The notes beneath the pieces are model-generated. The model had not been told where the DNA came from. It made no database searches and saw nothing but the letters and a program-made list of their open reading frames with translations. From contig CAVRAU010000023.1 in assembly GCA_963719055.1 (NCBI GenBank), forward strand, positions 71,790 to 135,789: a stretch of DNA of 64,000 nucleotides, given 5' to 3'. The position numbers and the translations under genes were made by a program. This DNA comes from an uncultured Acidobacteriota bacterium. GTDB taxonomy: Bacteria; Acidobacteriota; Thermoanaerobaculia; Multivoradales; JAHEKO01. This document shows, in pieces, positions 21,001 through 31,126 of this stretch; position 1 is the stretch's first letter, and the number at the start of each line of letters is the position of its first letter.

Positions 21001-22069
21001 ATGTCGGAGAACACGGATCGGACACGCGTCGCCAGCAGCCTCGCAAAGGCGCCCATCATCGGTGTGGTGCGCACGGATTCCAAACAGGAGGCGGCGCGAC
21101 AAGCCCGTCTCTTCATCGCCGGTGGCCTGCAGCTGATCGAAATCACTTTCTCCGTGCCCGAAGCGACCACGTTGGTTCGCGAGCTTCTCGACGAGCGCGG
21201 CGATGCCGGACCCCCATGGATCGGCATGGGCACGGTCACCGACGCCGCCAGGGCCACGGCCGCGGTGGAGGCTGGAACAGAGTTCATCGTGTCGCCGAAC
21301 ACCAGCCCGGAGCGTCGCCCAGGTGGCCCGTCAAGCCGAGATCTACCTGGTCTTGGGAGCCCTGACCTGTACCGAGATCGTTGAAGCCCGCGATCTGGGA
21401 GCTCAGATCGTCAAGGTCTACCCGTTGCCTCCTGTCGGGGGCGCCCGATACCTGGCTACGGTTCGCCAACCCCTGGCCGACATCCCCATGCTTGCCGCCG
21501 GCGGTTTCACTGTCGAAGAGATTCCCGACTATCGAGCTGTCGGGGCGTCCGCCTTCGGGATAGGCTCTCCATTGTTGGCCGCGGACGACGACGAAACCGC
21601 TCAGCGCATCCAACGAGCGCTGTCGCATGGCACGCGGTCTGGAGACCTGATGCAGCCCCCAGTTGCCCCACGGCAAGTCATTTTCGACCCCACGCCGGAG
21701 ATCTTCGCTACCGACAGTGGCGGCAGTTTCACCTTTGCCCTGAGCCTGGATGGCGAGAGCTACCTCAGCACCGGTCAATACGATGAGGCGCGCCTTCTGG
21801 TGTCGCTGTGGCATCCATCGACCCAGCGCCACATCGACCTGGACCGAGCCTATGTCGAGGTCAAGGGATGCTTCGATACCACCGACGAGCACTGGGTGCG
21901 GCTGGCGGAGATCGAGCCCGTCGTGCCACCCTACAACTCGGGTGAGACTTTCGATGGTTGGGTGGTGCTGCCGGTCATGGCCACTGCCAGCGCCTTCTCC
22001 TTGGCGGGAGGGGGCTTCCAACCCCGAGCCCGATTGCAGATCCGCGCGAGTGTCTATCTCGTCGCCTGA
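21001..22069 (+). CDS. eda: KDPG/KHG aldolase (Eda) with an uninterrupted C-terminal extension of about 140 aa. Apparent frameshift near 21300.
   Basis: IIGVVRTDS...GGLQLIEITFSVPEA...GMGTV...AGTEFIVSP, then in the second frame TEIVEARDLGAQIVKVYPLPPVGG...GGF. There is no stop after the aldolase domain until 22069. Confidence 0.72.
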
Positions 22070-22117
22070 CCCAAGATCGTCATCGACCTCGCCATCATCC
22101 GATTCTGGAGGGAATTC

Positions 22118-23335
22118 ATGGACCATCAGCAATTGCTAGCCCGTCTGGCACACACCAACAACTCTCGTCTCGTCTTGCTGGTCCTCGATGGAGTGGGGGA
22201 TCTGCGGACCGCCGAACAGCCTGAGACAGCTCTCGACGCCGCCAACCTGCCCAATCTGGACGCCCTGGCTCGTCGCTCCGCCCTCGGGCGGGTCGTACCC
22301 GTAGCCACCGGCGTGACTCCCGGGAGCGGCCCTGGACACCTCTCCCTGTTCGGCTACGACCCCACCACACCGGCAGCGGATATCGGTCGGGGGGTCCTCG
22401 AAGCCCTCGGGCTGGGGCTCGAGGTCGAGCCCGGAGATGTGGCGGTGCGCTGCAACTTTGCCACCGCCGACAGCCAAGGCAATCTCACCGATCGTCGAGC
22501 CGGGAGGATTCCCAGCTCCGAGTGCCGACGTCTCTGCGACAAGATCCGGCAAGACCTGGTCGAGTTCACCGATCTGAAAGTGCAGGTCCAGGCCGGTGAA
22601 GAGCATCGCTTCGTTTTGATCCTCAGCGGCGACGCCCTGTCCCACGAGATCGCCGACACCGACCCCCAGGAAACGGGTGTGCCACCGTTGCCTCCCAGAC
22701 CCCAGACGCCTTCAGCGGCCGACAGTGCTGCTCGGGTCGCCTCGTTGATCGATGCCATGGAGCAAGCCATCGCCGATGAACCCCAGGCCAACCGGGTGCT
22801 GCTACGGGGCTTCTCCGTGCTTCCCGACTTGCCCTCGCTCACCGACCTCCACGGGATCCGTGGCGGTGCCTTCGCCGGGTATCCGCTCTACAACGGCGTC
22901 GCGGCAGCCTGCGGCATGGAGGTGGTTCCCTGCGGCAAGGACCTGGCTGAGATCCTGACAACCGTCGAGGAGAACTGGGAGCGGTTCGACTACTTCTTTC
23001 TGCACGTCAAGCAGACAGACAAAGCGGGCGAGGACGGGGACCTGGCCAAGAAGATCCAGGTACTCGAGCATGTCGACGCGGAATTGCCCCGCCTGCTGGA
23101 CCTCGAGCCGACGGTGCTGGCCATCACCGGCGACCACTCCACCCCGGCACCCATGGCCGCACACAGCTGGCACCCGGTACCGCTGCTCGTGCACGGCCCC
23201 AACTGCTTTGTGGATGACTGCCAGGAATTCACCGAGACCGCCGCAGTGGCAGGTCACATCGGGCTGATACCGGCGCGTGATTTGATGGGTTTGATGCTGG
23301 CCAACGCCGGACGGTTGGCCAAGTTCGGTGCTTGA
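22118..23335 (+). CDS. apgM: 2,3-bisphosphoglycerate-independent phosphoglycerate mutase, archaeal-type (ApgM)
   Basis: 405 aa. Metalloenzyme-superfamily motifs LVLLVLDGVGD and ITGDHSTP. Confidence 0.85.
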   Translation: MDHQQLLARLAHTNNSRLVLLVLDGVGDLRTAEQPETALDAANLPNLDALARRSALGRVVPVATGVTPGSGPGHLSLFGYDPTTPAADIGRGVLEALGLGLEVEPGDVAVRCNFATADSQGNLTDRRAGRIPSSECRRLCDKIRQDLVEFTDLKVQVQAGEEHRFVLILSGDALSHEIADTDPQETGVPPLPPRPQTPSAADSAARVASLIDAMEQAIADEPQANRVLLRGFSVLPDLPSLTDLHGIRGGAFAGYPLYNGVAAACGMEVVPCGKDLAEILTTVEENWERFDYFFLHVKQTDKAGEDGDLAKKIQVLEHVDAELPRLLDLEPTVLAITGDHSTPAPMAAHSWHPVPLLVHGPNCFVDDCQEFTETAAVAGHIGLIPARDLMGLMLANAGRLAKFGA

Positions 23336-23345
23336 ACGGGTTCGG

Positions 23346-23933
23346 TTAGCGGAAGCCCCTGCGCAGCTCCTGCCGAAAGGTGGAGAACGTCTCCTTGTCG
23401 AACAAGCAGACCACCACCCGGTCGAGCTTGGTCCCACCCTGCATATAGCGGTGGATCTCGGTCAGGGTCACCCGGGCACAGCGATTGACCGGAAAACCGA
23501 AGTTGCCAGTCGAGATGGCCGGCACGGCCACCGATCCCAGGCCATGGCGATCGGCCAAAGCCAACGAAGATCGCACCGCCGCGGCCAACTTACGATCCTC
23601 GTCGCCGTCACCCATCTTCGGACCGACAGCGTGAATCACGTGCTTGTGGGGTAGGTCGCCGGCACCGGTGATCACGGCTGTTCCCACCGGAGTGCCACCA
23701 ATCCGATTGCACTCCTTCTGGATCGACGGACCGCCCTTCTCACGGATCGCCCCAGCGACACCTTCCCCCATCTTCAGGTTCTCGTTCGCCGGATTGACAA
23801 TAGCGTCCACATCGAGCTCGGTGATGTCTCCCTCGACGAGCTCCAGCTGAGTCTCGTTGAGCCTGATGGCGACGCGATTGCTCTTTCTCTGCTTGACCAT
23901 ACTGCGTTTTCCCCCTCGCAAGCTACAGGACAC
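23346..23933 (-). CDS. Macro-domain protein (ADP-ribose binding / O-acetyl-ADP-ribose deacetylase-like)
   Basis: EGDITELDVDAIVNPANENLKMGEGVAGAI and AISTGNFGFP macro-domain motifs. The true start may be the internal ATG about 33 nt downstream. Confidence 0.8.
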   Translation of the reverse strand: MSCSLRGGKRSMVKQRKSNRVAIRLNETQLELVEGDITELDVDAIVNPANENLKMGEGVAGAIREKGGPSIQKECNRIGGTPVGTAVITGAGDLPHKHVIHAVGPKMGDGDEDRKLAAAVRSSLALADRHGLGSVAVPAISTGNFGFPVNRCARVTLTEIHRYMQGGTKLDRVVVCLFDKETFSTFRQELRRGFR

Positions 23934-24031
23934 CCAATCATATCAAGCTCCGGTCCGACTTCAGTACCCTGGCGAAATCCACCTGGAAATCCGGAAGAGA
24001 TGAGAAACGCGTGGTATAGACTCCGCTGACC

Positions 24032-25957
24032 ATGTTGAGCGGGCTGAAGACCGAGCTGTCGCAGCGAGTAGCGGCAAGAATCCAGGCGGTATTCGACGTC
24101 GAGCACGACCCGATCGTCGAGGTTCCCCCGCGTCGGGAGCTCGGCGACCTGGCGTTTCCGGCCGCTCTGCATCTCGCTCGAGAGTTGCGGCGCTCACCCC
24201 GCGACATTGCCAACGAATTGGCGGCCGGTCTCGAGCTGCCACCGAGCGTCCGACGGGTAACGGTGGAGGGGGCGGGCTATCTCAACTTCTTCCTCGACCG
24301 CAGCGCCTTCGCCGCACAGTTGATGGCCAGCCCACTGCAGTCAGGGGAGCCGCAGGACTCTCAGAAGATCATCGTGGAGCACACCAACATCAACCCCAAC
24401 AAGGCGGCGCATATCGGGCACCTGCGCAACTCCGTCCTGGGAGACACCTTGGTACGGGTACTGAAGTCTCTAGGTTACGCGGTGGAGACCCAGAACTACA
24501 TCGACGACACCGGTGTACAGCTTGCCGATGTCGTCGTCGGATTTGTGGATCTGCGACAGATGAGTCTGGTGGAGGTGACACAGCTACCGGAGCCCTTCGA
24601 CTACTACTGTTGGGACCTCTACAGCGAAGTGGGCCAATGGTACGGCGACGACCCAGAGCGCCAGGAGCTTCGTCGTCAGACGCTCCATCAGCTCGAACAC
24701 GGTGAAGGAGAGAGGGCCGAAATAGGTCGCCTGGTGTCCCGCCGCGTGGTTCGTCGCCACCTCGCCACCATGGCTCGACTGGACGTGACCTACGATCTTC
24801 TCACCCACGAAGCCGCGATTCTCGGCTTGGATTTCTTCTCCCAGGCCTTCGAGCTGCTCGAGAAGGAAAAGGCCATTCACCTCGAAGCCGAGGGCAAGAA
24901 CGCCGGCTGCTGGGTCATGCCCCTGGCGGGGAGCGAGGAGTTTGCCGGTCTCGAGGACCCGGACAAGGTCATTGTCCGGTCCGATGGCACCGTCACCTAT
25001 GTCGGCAAGGACATCGCCTATCAGCTCTGGAAGTTCGGCTTGCTGGGCAAGGACTTCGAGTATCGGTTCTGGGACGAGGAGGACGTCTGGGAGACGACCA
25101 CCCGAGGCGTGGCGGAGCACCCGGCCTTTGGCAATGCGGATCGGGTCATCAATGTCATCGATGCCCGGCAGAGCTATCTGCAGAAGATCGTGCGCGCCGG
25201 ACTCGAAGCCCTGCACTTTCCGGCGCAGGCCGAGCAGTCGATTCACTTCGCCTACGAGATGGTCACCCTCTCCCCCGCCACCGCCCGGGCTCTGGGGTAC
25301 CTGGCAGACGACGAGGCCGACGACGCCCGCAACCTGGACATGTCCGGTCGCAAGGGGATCGGCGTCAAGGCAGACGATCTGATGGATGAGCTGGAGTCCA
25401 AGAGCCGTGAGGAGATCGCCTCGCGCAATCGCGATCTGCCGACCGCGGAGTTGGAGCTGCTCGCTAGCCAGATCGCCATCGCGGCCCTGCGGTTCTTCAT
25501 GGTGAAGGCCACCACCAATCGAGTCATCGCCTTCGATCTGGACGAAGCCTTGAACTTCGAAGGAGATTCGGGACCCTACTTGCAGTATTCCGCCGTCCGG
25601 GCACTGAATATCAAGCGGCGATTGCTGGAAGCGGGCCTGCCGACCGAAGTCGATCTGCAGGCTCTGGCGGCTCTCCCCGCCGAAGTGTGGGCCGACGATC
25701 TCTGGGATCTGATCCTGACCGTGGCGCTGATTCCCCAGAAGGTCGAGATGGCGGGCGAGACCCTCGAGCTTTCGATTCTCGCTCGGCACGCCCTCGAGCT
25801 GGCGCAACAATTCCACGCCATCTATCACCGCCACCCCATCCTCCAAGAGACCGACGAAGATCTGCGCGCCGCCCGCCTGGCCACGACCCCGATCTTTATC
25901 CGCGGATTGGAAGACCTCACCGCGTTACTGGGCATCCCTCTGCCCGCCAAGATGTAA
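24032..25957 (+). CDS. argS: Arginine--tRNA ligase
   Basis: Class-I HIGH motif NPNKAAHIGHLRN. ArgS anticodon-binding C-terminus ending ...PLPAKM. 641 aa. Confidence 0.92.
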   Translation: MLSGLKTELSQRVAARIQAVFDVEHDPIVEVPPRRELGDLAFPAALHLARELRRSPRDIANELAAGLELPPSVRRVTVEGAGYLNFFLDRSAFAAQLMASPLQSGEPQDSQKIIVEHTNINPNKAAHIGHLRNSVLGDTLVRVLKSLGYAVETQNYIDDTGVQLADVVVGFVDLRQMSLVEVTQLPEPFDYYCWDLYSEVGQWYGDDPERQELRRQTLHQLEHGEGERAEIGRLVSRRVVRRHLATMARLDVTYDLLTHEAAILGLDFFSQAFELLEKEKAIHLEAEGKNAGCWVMPLAGSEEFAGLEDPDKVIVRSDGTVTYVGKDIAYQLWKFGLLGKDFEYRFWDEEDVWETTTRGVAEHPAFGNADRVINVIDARQSYLQKIVRAGLEALHFPAQAEQSIHFAYEMVTLSPATARALGYLADDEADDARNLDMSGRKGIGVKADDLMDELESKSREEIASRNRDLPTAELELLASQIAIAALRFFMVKATTNRVIAFDLDEALNFEGDSGPYLQYSAVRALNIKRRLLEAGLPTEVDLQALAALPAEVWADDLWDLILTVALIPQKVEMAGETLELSILARHALELAQQFHAIYHRHPILQETDEDLRAARLATTPIFIRGLEDLTALLGIPLPAKM

Positions 25958-26572
25958 GGATCTCGCATCGGACGATGCAAACAGGCCGTCTTGGCCGTGC
26001 CTCTGTGCCAGTGAACAGCTCGGGCTGAGCTCGGGCATCAGAGGCCGGCGCTCGCCCGCAACTCCACGCCATCGGATCTGGCGATCATGGTCCGAATGGC
26101 GGCTTCCAGCGCGCTACTGTCCGTGCGACCCAGCATGACGCTGTCGAGAGCGCCTGTCGGCACCGCATAGGATCGAGTCCGCGCCCACCAGTCCCCTGAT
26201 GCGGAGGACTCGGACCGGCTACGGTCTGAGTCGCCTGCAGTCAGCCGCTGCGCAGCACCGATGGTACCATCGCCGGTCCAGAGGCGTCGGATCCAGCGAC
26301 CCGAACGCTGGATGGGTCCTCTACAAGGATGGGACGAGGAACGACACCGATCTTGCTGCGTGCCGACAGAGCGTCCTGGAGACCTGCCTCTATAATCGCA
26401 GCGGAGCCAGCGCGGTTCGGACGGAAGCGGGACGATCGCATCCGCCGAACGCAGGTTAGTCACCGGAGAAAGGCGAATGCCTCGGACCTCAATCGTTCCT
26501 GATCACACTGCCAGATTCAGACCTCTTAGGCAGAGGACCCAAGACGGCCTCTCGAGTCACTCCGAAGCGAGA

Positions 26573-27854
26573 TCACCAGATGTAGTCGCGGGCGATGTCG
26601 CGTTTGTCCTTGCCGGCCAGGATGTGCATGACGCGGATCTTCTTGAGGGTCACGGGAGACAGCGCCGCCAGGGGGATGTGGGTGATCTGCTTGCCCTGGA
26701 CGGCGGCATAGCGGCGCATGCGATCCGCAGGAGGATCGGCGGCGACGTGGACGACAATCTTCTCCAGGCTGTAGTCGATGGCCGCCATCAGCAGGACCTC
26801 GGCCTTGTCCTGGGCGAACCGATAGTCTCGGTCCTCCCAGACATCAAACAGTCGCCCTCGTGGAAGTGTCAGCATGAATCCGCCATAGGTAGCGCGCATG
26901 ATTCCCGGACCGACGACCTGCTCGGCCGGGCTGGTGGCGTAGAAGGCCATATCCGATTCCTGATCGTGCTCTCCCAGCCAGGTCATCGAAAAGGGGAACT
27001 GCAGCGTTCTCTGGATCCCGGTCGAAGATCACGACCACAGAGCCGGCCTCTCCAGGAGCCCTACCCTTCTCTTCCACGAAAATCCGTTCCTCGTGTAGAT
27101 GGCGGAGGGTCTCGCGAATATCGATGCCGTCCAGCATGCTGGTGGAAAAGGGCTCCGTTCTCTTGCGCTCCGCGGCGAGGATCGACACCGCCCGGTGCTG
27201 CAGAAAACGGCCGTAGTCCTCGATCACGAGATCCTCGGGCGGATAGGAACACAGACCGGTGGAATCGAAAGCGCTCAGCCAGTCCTCTGGGCTGCTGGGC
27301 TGTGGTCGCTCGCGCACCGGCACGGCGATGGGTCGACTCTTGACCCTGAGAAACCGGCGACGAAACCGCACCTTGCGAGTCCCCAGATCGAGCTCGGAGC
27401 CGTCGATGGAGACACTGGGAATCTCCGCCGACTCCTCCTGCCACGGATACGCCCGCGACGCATCGAAGACCTCCCAGGCCAGATTGTCGTCACCCACACC
27501 GCGGGCGGCGATGACCCATTCGTAGAGGCCCGGCACCAGCATCCCCTGTACCCGCGCGCATCGCCGGGCGTAGTCGAGAAACAGCCGCTGCTGCCACGGT
27601 CCGGTGTCTTCACCAGTCTGCTCCTTGTAGGAGCCCGCCCCGACCTTCCACACCACCGTCCCGAGAGCGCGCCGATCAGGAAAACCCTTGCAGCCGGCCA
27701 ATTCCCCCAGAGCTTGATGACAGGCGAAGTCCACGATCCGCCCCTTTCGCTGGTTTTCGCTCTCTCCCTTCTCTCCATGAATCACCCGCAGACCAAAACG
27801 GACCACCGAGACCTTGCGTGACAGCGCGGCAGTCAACTCGGCCGACTCCGGCAT
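26573..27854 (-). CDS. Hypothetical protein of about 427 aa, last gene of the eight-gene operon. Apparent frameshift near 26900-26990.
   Basis: Start ATG immediately after the stop of 27856..28593 (TGAGATG). Protein-like sequence across ORFs 26844..27902 and 26573..26986. No recognisable family. Confidence 0.5.
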
Positions 27855-27855
27855 C

Positions 27856-28593
27856 TCACCGCCTGCGGACACGCTCCCAGACGGCGTGCGCGAGTGGCGC
27901 ATCCGGGAGCAATCCCGTCAGGCTGTGGGGATCCAAATGCCGAATCTCCGTGTGAGACCTTCTGACGCGAGCCAACGGGTGGGCTTGAGGCTGCTGGAGA
28001 CTCGCGACCACCCCATCGACATGGGCCGCCCCGACGAGGGCCAGAATCTCCCCGTCGGGCATCTCGTCCCGGGCCTGGGCGAGATGAAAGGCCATACCTC
28101 TCTCCCGTCGAGCGTCCTCATCGGTGGCGGGAGAGCTGCGATACCGCTCCCGCAGCAGATCCAGATACCGACCGCCGCCCAGGCTCCACACCGAGTAGGG
28201 ATCCGGCACCGGATCGCGGTGCTGCTCCGCGTACGGCAGATCGGGATCGATGAACAGAATCGGCCGTTGCTGTTCCAAGGCCCATCGGGCAGCTTCCACG
28301 AGAGGGTCTCCCGGCGCCACCACCCAGACGAGAGCGTCTTCTCCAGGCTCCTCAGAGATCAAGAGCGAGATTCTCGGTAGACGCCGAACCGCTCGCAGGG
28401 TCTCGCTCTCCAGAGTCGTCGGCAACTCGAGGGCGAGCGCCGCGGGATCGACCTGGTTCAATGCGGCCCGCACCAGGGCCGTGATCTCGAGGCGCTCGTG
28501 AACGATCGGCAGGACCCGAATGCCCGGGCACGCCGACGGCGCCAGACGGTCCAGGTCTCGAGGATCAGGTGAGATCGAAATCGGTGAATTCAT
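27856..28593 (-). CDS. Putative Tiki/TraB/GumN-superfamily metallohydrolase-like protein
   Basis: N-terminal PIVHERLE...LALELP and C-terminal ILALVGAAHVDGVV match the paired His-containing motifs of the TraB/GumN/Tiki superfamily. Assignment by motif only. Overlaps the upstream AAA gene by 28 nt. Confidence 0.5.
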   Translation of the reverse strand: MNSPISISPDPRDLDRLAPSACPGIRVLPIVHERLEITALVRAALNQVDPAALALELPTTLESETLRAVRRLPRISLLISEEPGEDALVWVVAPGDPLVEAARWALEQQRPILFIDPDLPYAEQHRDPVPDPYSVWSLGGGRYLDLLRERYRSSPATDEDARRERGMAFHLAQARDEMPDGEILALVGAAHVDGVVASLQQPQAHPLARVRRSHTEIRHLDPHSLTGLLPDAPLAHAVWERVRRR

Positions 28594-29401
28594 CGTCGCT
28601 CAAGGACAGGCGCATGGCCCGCTCCACCGCTTCGCCGGCATTCTCCGCTTCACCTCGCCGCAAGACCTTCATCGCGTAGCGAACCAGATTGATGCCATCC
28701 CGCACGGTGTAGCGAAGATCCCGATCATGAGCCACACGAAGAAAGGACAGCACGTAGTCCAATACTTCTTGTTCGGCGAAAGGTACCTGCGCCTGCAGAA
28801 TCGAACGCTCTTCGTCTTCTTCGGGGAAATCGACATAGATCTGCGGCATGAGACGCGAGTGGATGTACTCGGGGATCTCGTAGGTGGAGGCGTCTTCGTT
28901 CATCGTGGTGACAAAGCGAAAGTCGGGATGGGCCGAGATGCGGATTCCGGCCACGATGCTCTCCACGTAGCGACGATGGTCCAGAAGGGGTGCCAACGAC
29001 GCCCACGACTTCTCGCTCATCCGGTTGCCTTCATCCAGAATCAGGGCACCGCCACGAATCATGGCGGTGACCAGGGACGACGCCATATAGCGCACGCCTC
29101 CGTCTGGGGACAGCACCGGCGAGACGACGAGATCCTCTGGCCGCGTGTCCATGGTCGCCTGGGCCATGTAGATGTCCAAATCGAGCTCGCGGGCTGCCGC
29201 ACAGGCGAGAGTGGTTTTGCCCACCCCAGGTTTGCCCAGCAGGCGTGGATTGAGCGGTAGGTCCGCATCCTCGATCCTGGCCCACGCAGCCAACAATTGG
29301 ATCAGAACTTCCCGCTGGCCGATCCAAGGGGGCGTCTCCTTGACCGGCGTGCCCAGATGAAGAGTCACCCCGTCGATGACAACGGTGTCTTGTGCACTCA
29401 T
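28565..29401 (-). CDS. AAA+ ATPase, AAA_5 / MoxR-CbbQ-like
   Basis: Walker A LLGKPGVGKTTLA and Walker B GALILDEGNRMSEK. About 278 aa. Confidence 0.75.
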   Translation of the reverse strand: MSAQDTVVIDGVTLHLGTPVKETPPWIGQREVLIQLLAAWARIEDADLPLNPRLLGKPGVGKTTLACAAARELDLDIYMAQATMDTRPEDLVVSPVLSPDGGVRYMASSLVTAMIRGGALILDEGNRMSEKSWASLAPLLDHRRYVESIVAGIRISAHPDFRFVTTMNEDASTYEIPEYIHSRLMPQIYVDFPEEDEERSILQAQVPFAEQEVLDYVLSFLRVAHDRDLRYTVRDGINLVRYAMKVLRRGEAENAGEAVERAMRLSLSDDEFTDFDLT

Positions 29402-29429
29402 AGAGCGGCGAGTCTACGCGAAAAGTCGA

Positions 29430-30044
29430 CTACAGCGGGATCTCGAAGATGACATCCTTGGCCCGCTTGCCATGACGGACAAAGGGGATCCCCAGGAGCC
29501 TCTCGGGGCCAAACACGATTTCATATCGGAGCTGTTTCAGGGTATCGGGCTTGCTCACCTCGGAGGCAACCAGGCAGTAGTGCGCCAGTTTCTGCGCGTC
29601 AGCCACACCGTAGCAGCCGCCCACCAAGCGCTCTCCCAGCTTCTCCCCCAAGCTCGGCAAGACCTCGGTGTATCGTCGGGCCAGCTCCGTCACCGCCTGC
29701 AGGGGCGCGTGGAAGGCCGGAATGGCGAAGGTCCCTTCTCCACCGGGCTCGTCCTCCTCGCCACCCAGAAAGAACCGCATCAGACCCTTGAACGATTTCC
29801 CGGCGGCGGTGCGTTCAGTGATCGTCACGGTCGCCGGAAGCAACCAGAACGGCAAATAGAAATCGACATTCTTGTCGGACAGGGCCACGAAGGCCACCTC
29901 GACGGGCTCCAGGCTGTGGGTTTCCTGCTCGAACCGATAGCCATTGCGGCAGGCCGTGCAGTAGTAGACGACATCCTGGCCATCGGCTCGGATTCCCGCA
30001 CCGCAGCTTGGGCAGTCCAGGGGCACCAGAGAGAATTCACCCAT
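29430..30044 (-). CDS. Zinc-ribbon protein X3, the soluble member of the paralog family X1-X3
   Basis: CPSCG...x16...CTACRNGY zinc ribbon. Shared DFYLPFWLLP motif. ATG overlaps the stop of X2 (TGATG). Confidence 0.6.
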   Translation of the reverse strand: MGEFSLVPLDCPSCGAGIRADGQDVVYYCTACRNGYRFEQETHSLEPVEVAFVALSDKNVDFYLPFWLLPATVTITERTAAGKSFKGLMRFFLGGEEDEPGGEGTFAIPAFHAPLQAVTELARRYTEVLPSLGEKLGERLVGGCYGVADAQKLAHYCLVASEVSKPDTLKQLRYEIVFGPERLLGIPFVRHGKRAKDVIFEIPL

Positions 30045-31126
30045 CACGACCACGACCCCCATCGCGGAGATCGACCCTGCATGAGATCGCCCACCATCTC
30101 GCCGAGATCATCCTTCATCTCGAACCCGGCAAGAAGCTGGGGACCCGAATCCTCGTGTCCGACACCGGTGCCTTCGACCACCACACCGCCGTGTCGGAAT
30201 TTCTTCCATCCCCACCACAACGCACCCAGGACCACGGCTCCCATGGCTGCCAGCCCCCCCAGATTGACACCGATGAAACGCACGATCGTGGTCGCGATGA
30301 AGAGCGCTGCCGCCTGGGACAGCACCATCGCCAGAGCCCGGTACAGGTCGTTGCCCGGCGCCTTGCCGTAGACCAGGCTGCCGTCCTCGGCATCGACGAG
30401 AATCTGATACGACCGGTTCTCGAAGCGATAGCGGATGATCCAGAGCGGATAGTAGATCAAGCTGAAGCGTTCCCGTAGAGTCTCGAGAAACTTGAACCGG
30501 ACCTGCGTGAGACCACGGCCGGGATCGGCGCTGGAGACGATCTGTCGACGGGCCGCGTCCTTGACTTCGGCTTCGGATCCCGTGGGGGGAAAGACCATAC
30601 CGAGCCGCTTGAGACCTTCCGGATCGAAGGGAACCAGGGGATCGTCTTGCAGATCGATCTTCTGGACACCCCACTCGGCCACATCCAGAGCTGGATAGGT
30701 GTGATCGTAGCTCTTCTCCACCGAGCGCTCGACGTCGACCTCGTAGGTCTGCGTTCGTCGGTGCTTGCCCGAGCCGACGGTCCGCCGCCGCGTCTCGGTG
30801 CCCAGAGCAAACCCCATGGCATCTGCTTGCATGCGAAAGAAGGGTAGAAATGCCAGTAGGGCCTCACCCTGCACCGCGTCACGGCGCAGCCGCCGGTCGC
30901 GACTCCAGCCTGTGGACAACCAACGCCGAGCGACCTCTTTCGCCCTTGACGCGTCCAACTTCGGAGCTACCGACCATCGGCGGATGCCGACTTCGCTGAC
31001 CGCCAGAAGAGGGGTTTCGCAGTATGGACAATCGACAACTCGCAACCCGGCGACGACATCCAAAGCCCCACCGCAGCTCGGACAGGTCAGACCCTGAACG
31101 CTCGACTCCCGGGGCTCCACAGTCAT
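30044..31126 (-). CDS. Zinc-ribbon membrane protein X2
   Basis: N-terminal CPSCGG...CPYCETP zinc ribbon, EVARRWLSTGW, LAFLPFFRMQ, C-terminal SLIYYPLWIIRYRFENRSYQILVDAEDGSLVYGKAPGN followed by two hydrophobic helices. 360 aa. Confidence 0.62.
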   Translation of the reverse strand: MTVEPRESSVQGLTCPSCGGALDVVAGLRVVDCPYCETPLLAVSEVGIRRWSVAPKLDASRAKEVARRWLSTGWSRDRRLRRDAVQGEALLAFLPFFRMQADAMGFALGTETRRRTVGSGKHRRTQTYEVDVERSVEKSYDHTYPALDVAEWGVQKIDLQDDPLVPFDPEGLKRLGMVFPPTGSEAEVKDAARRQIVSSADPGRGLTQVRFKFLETLRERFSLIYYPLWIIRYRFENRSYQILVDAEDGSLVYGKAPGNDLYRALAMVLSQAAALFIATTIVRFIGVNLGGLAAMGAVVLGALWWGWKKFRHGGVVVEGTGVGHEDSGPQLLAGFEMKDDLGEMVGDLMQGRSPRWGSWS

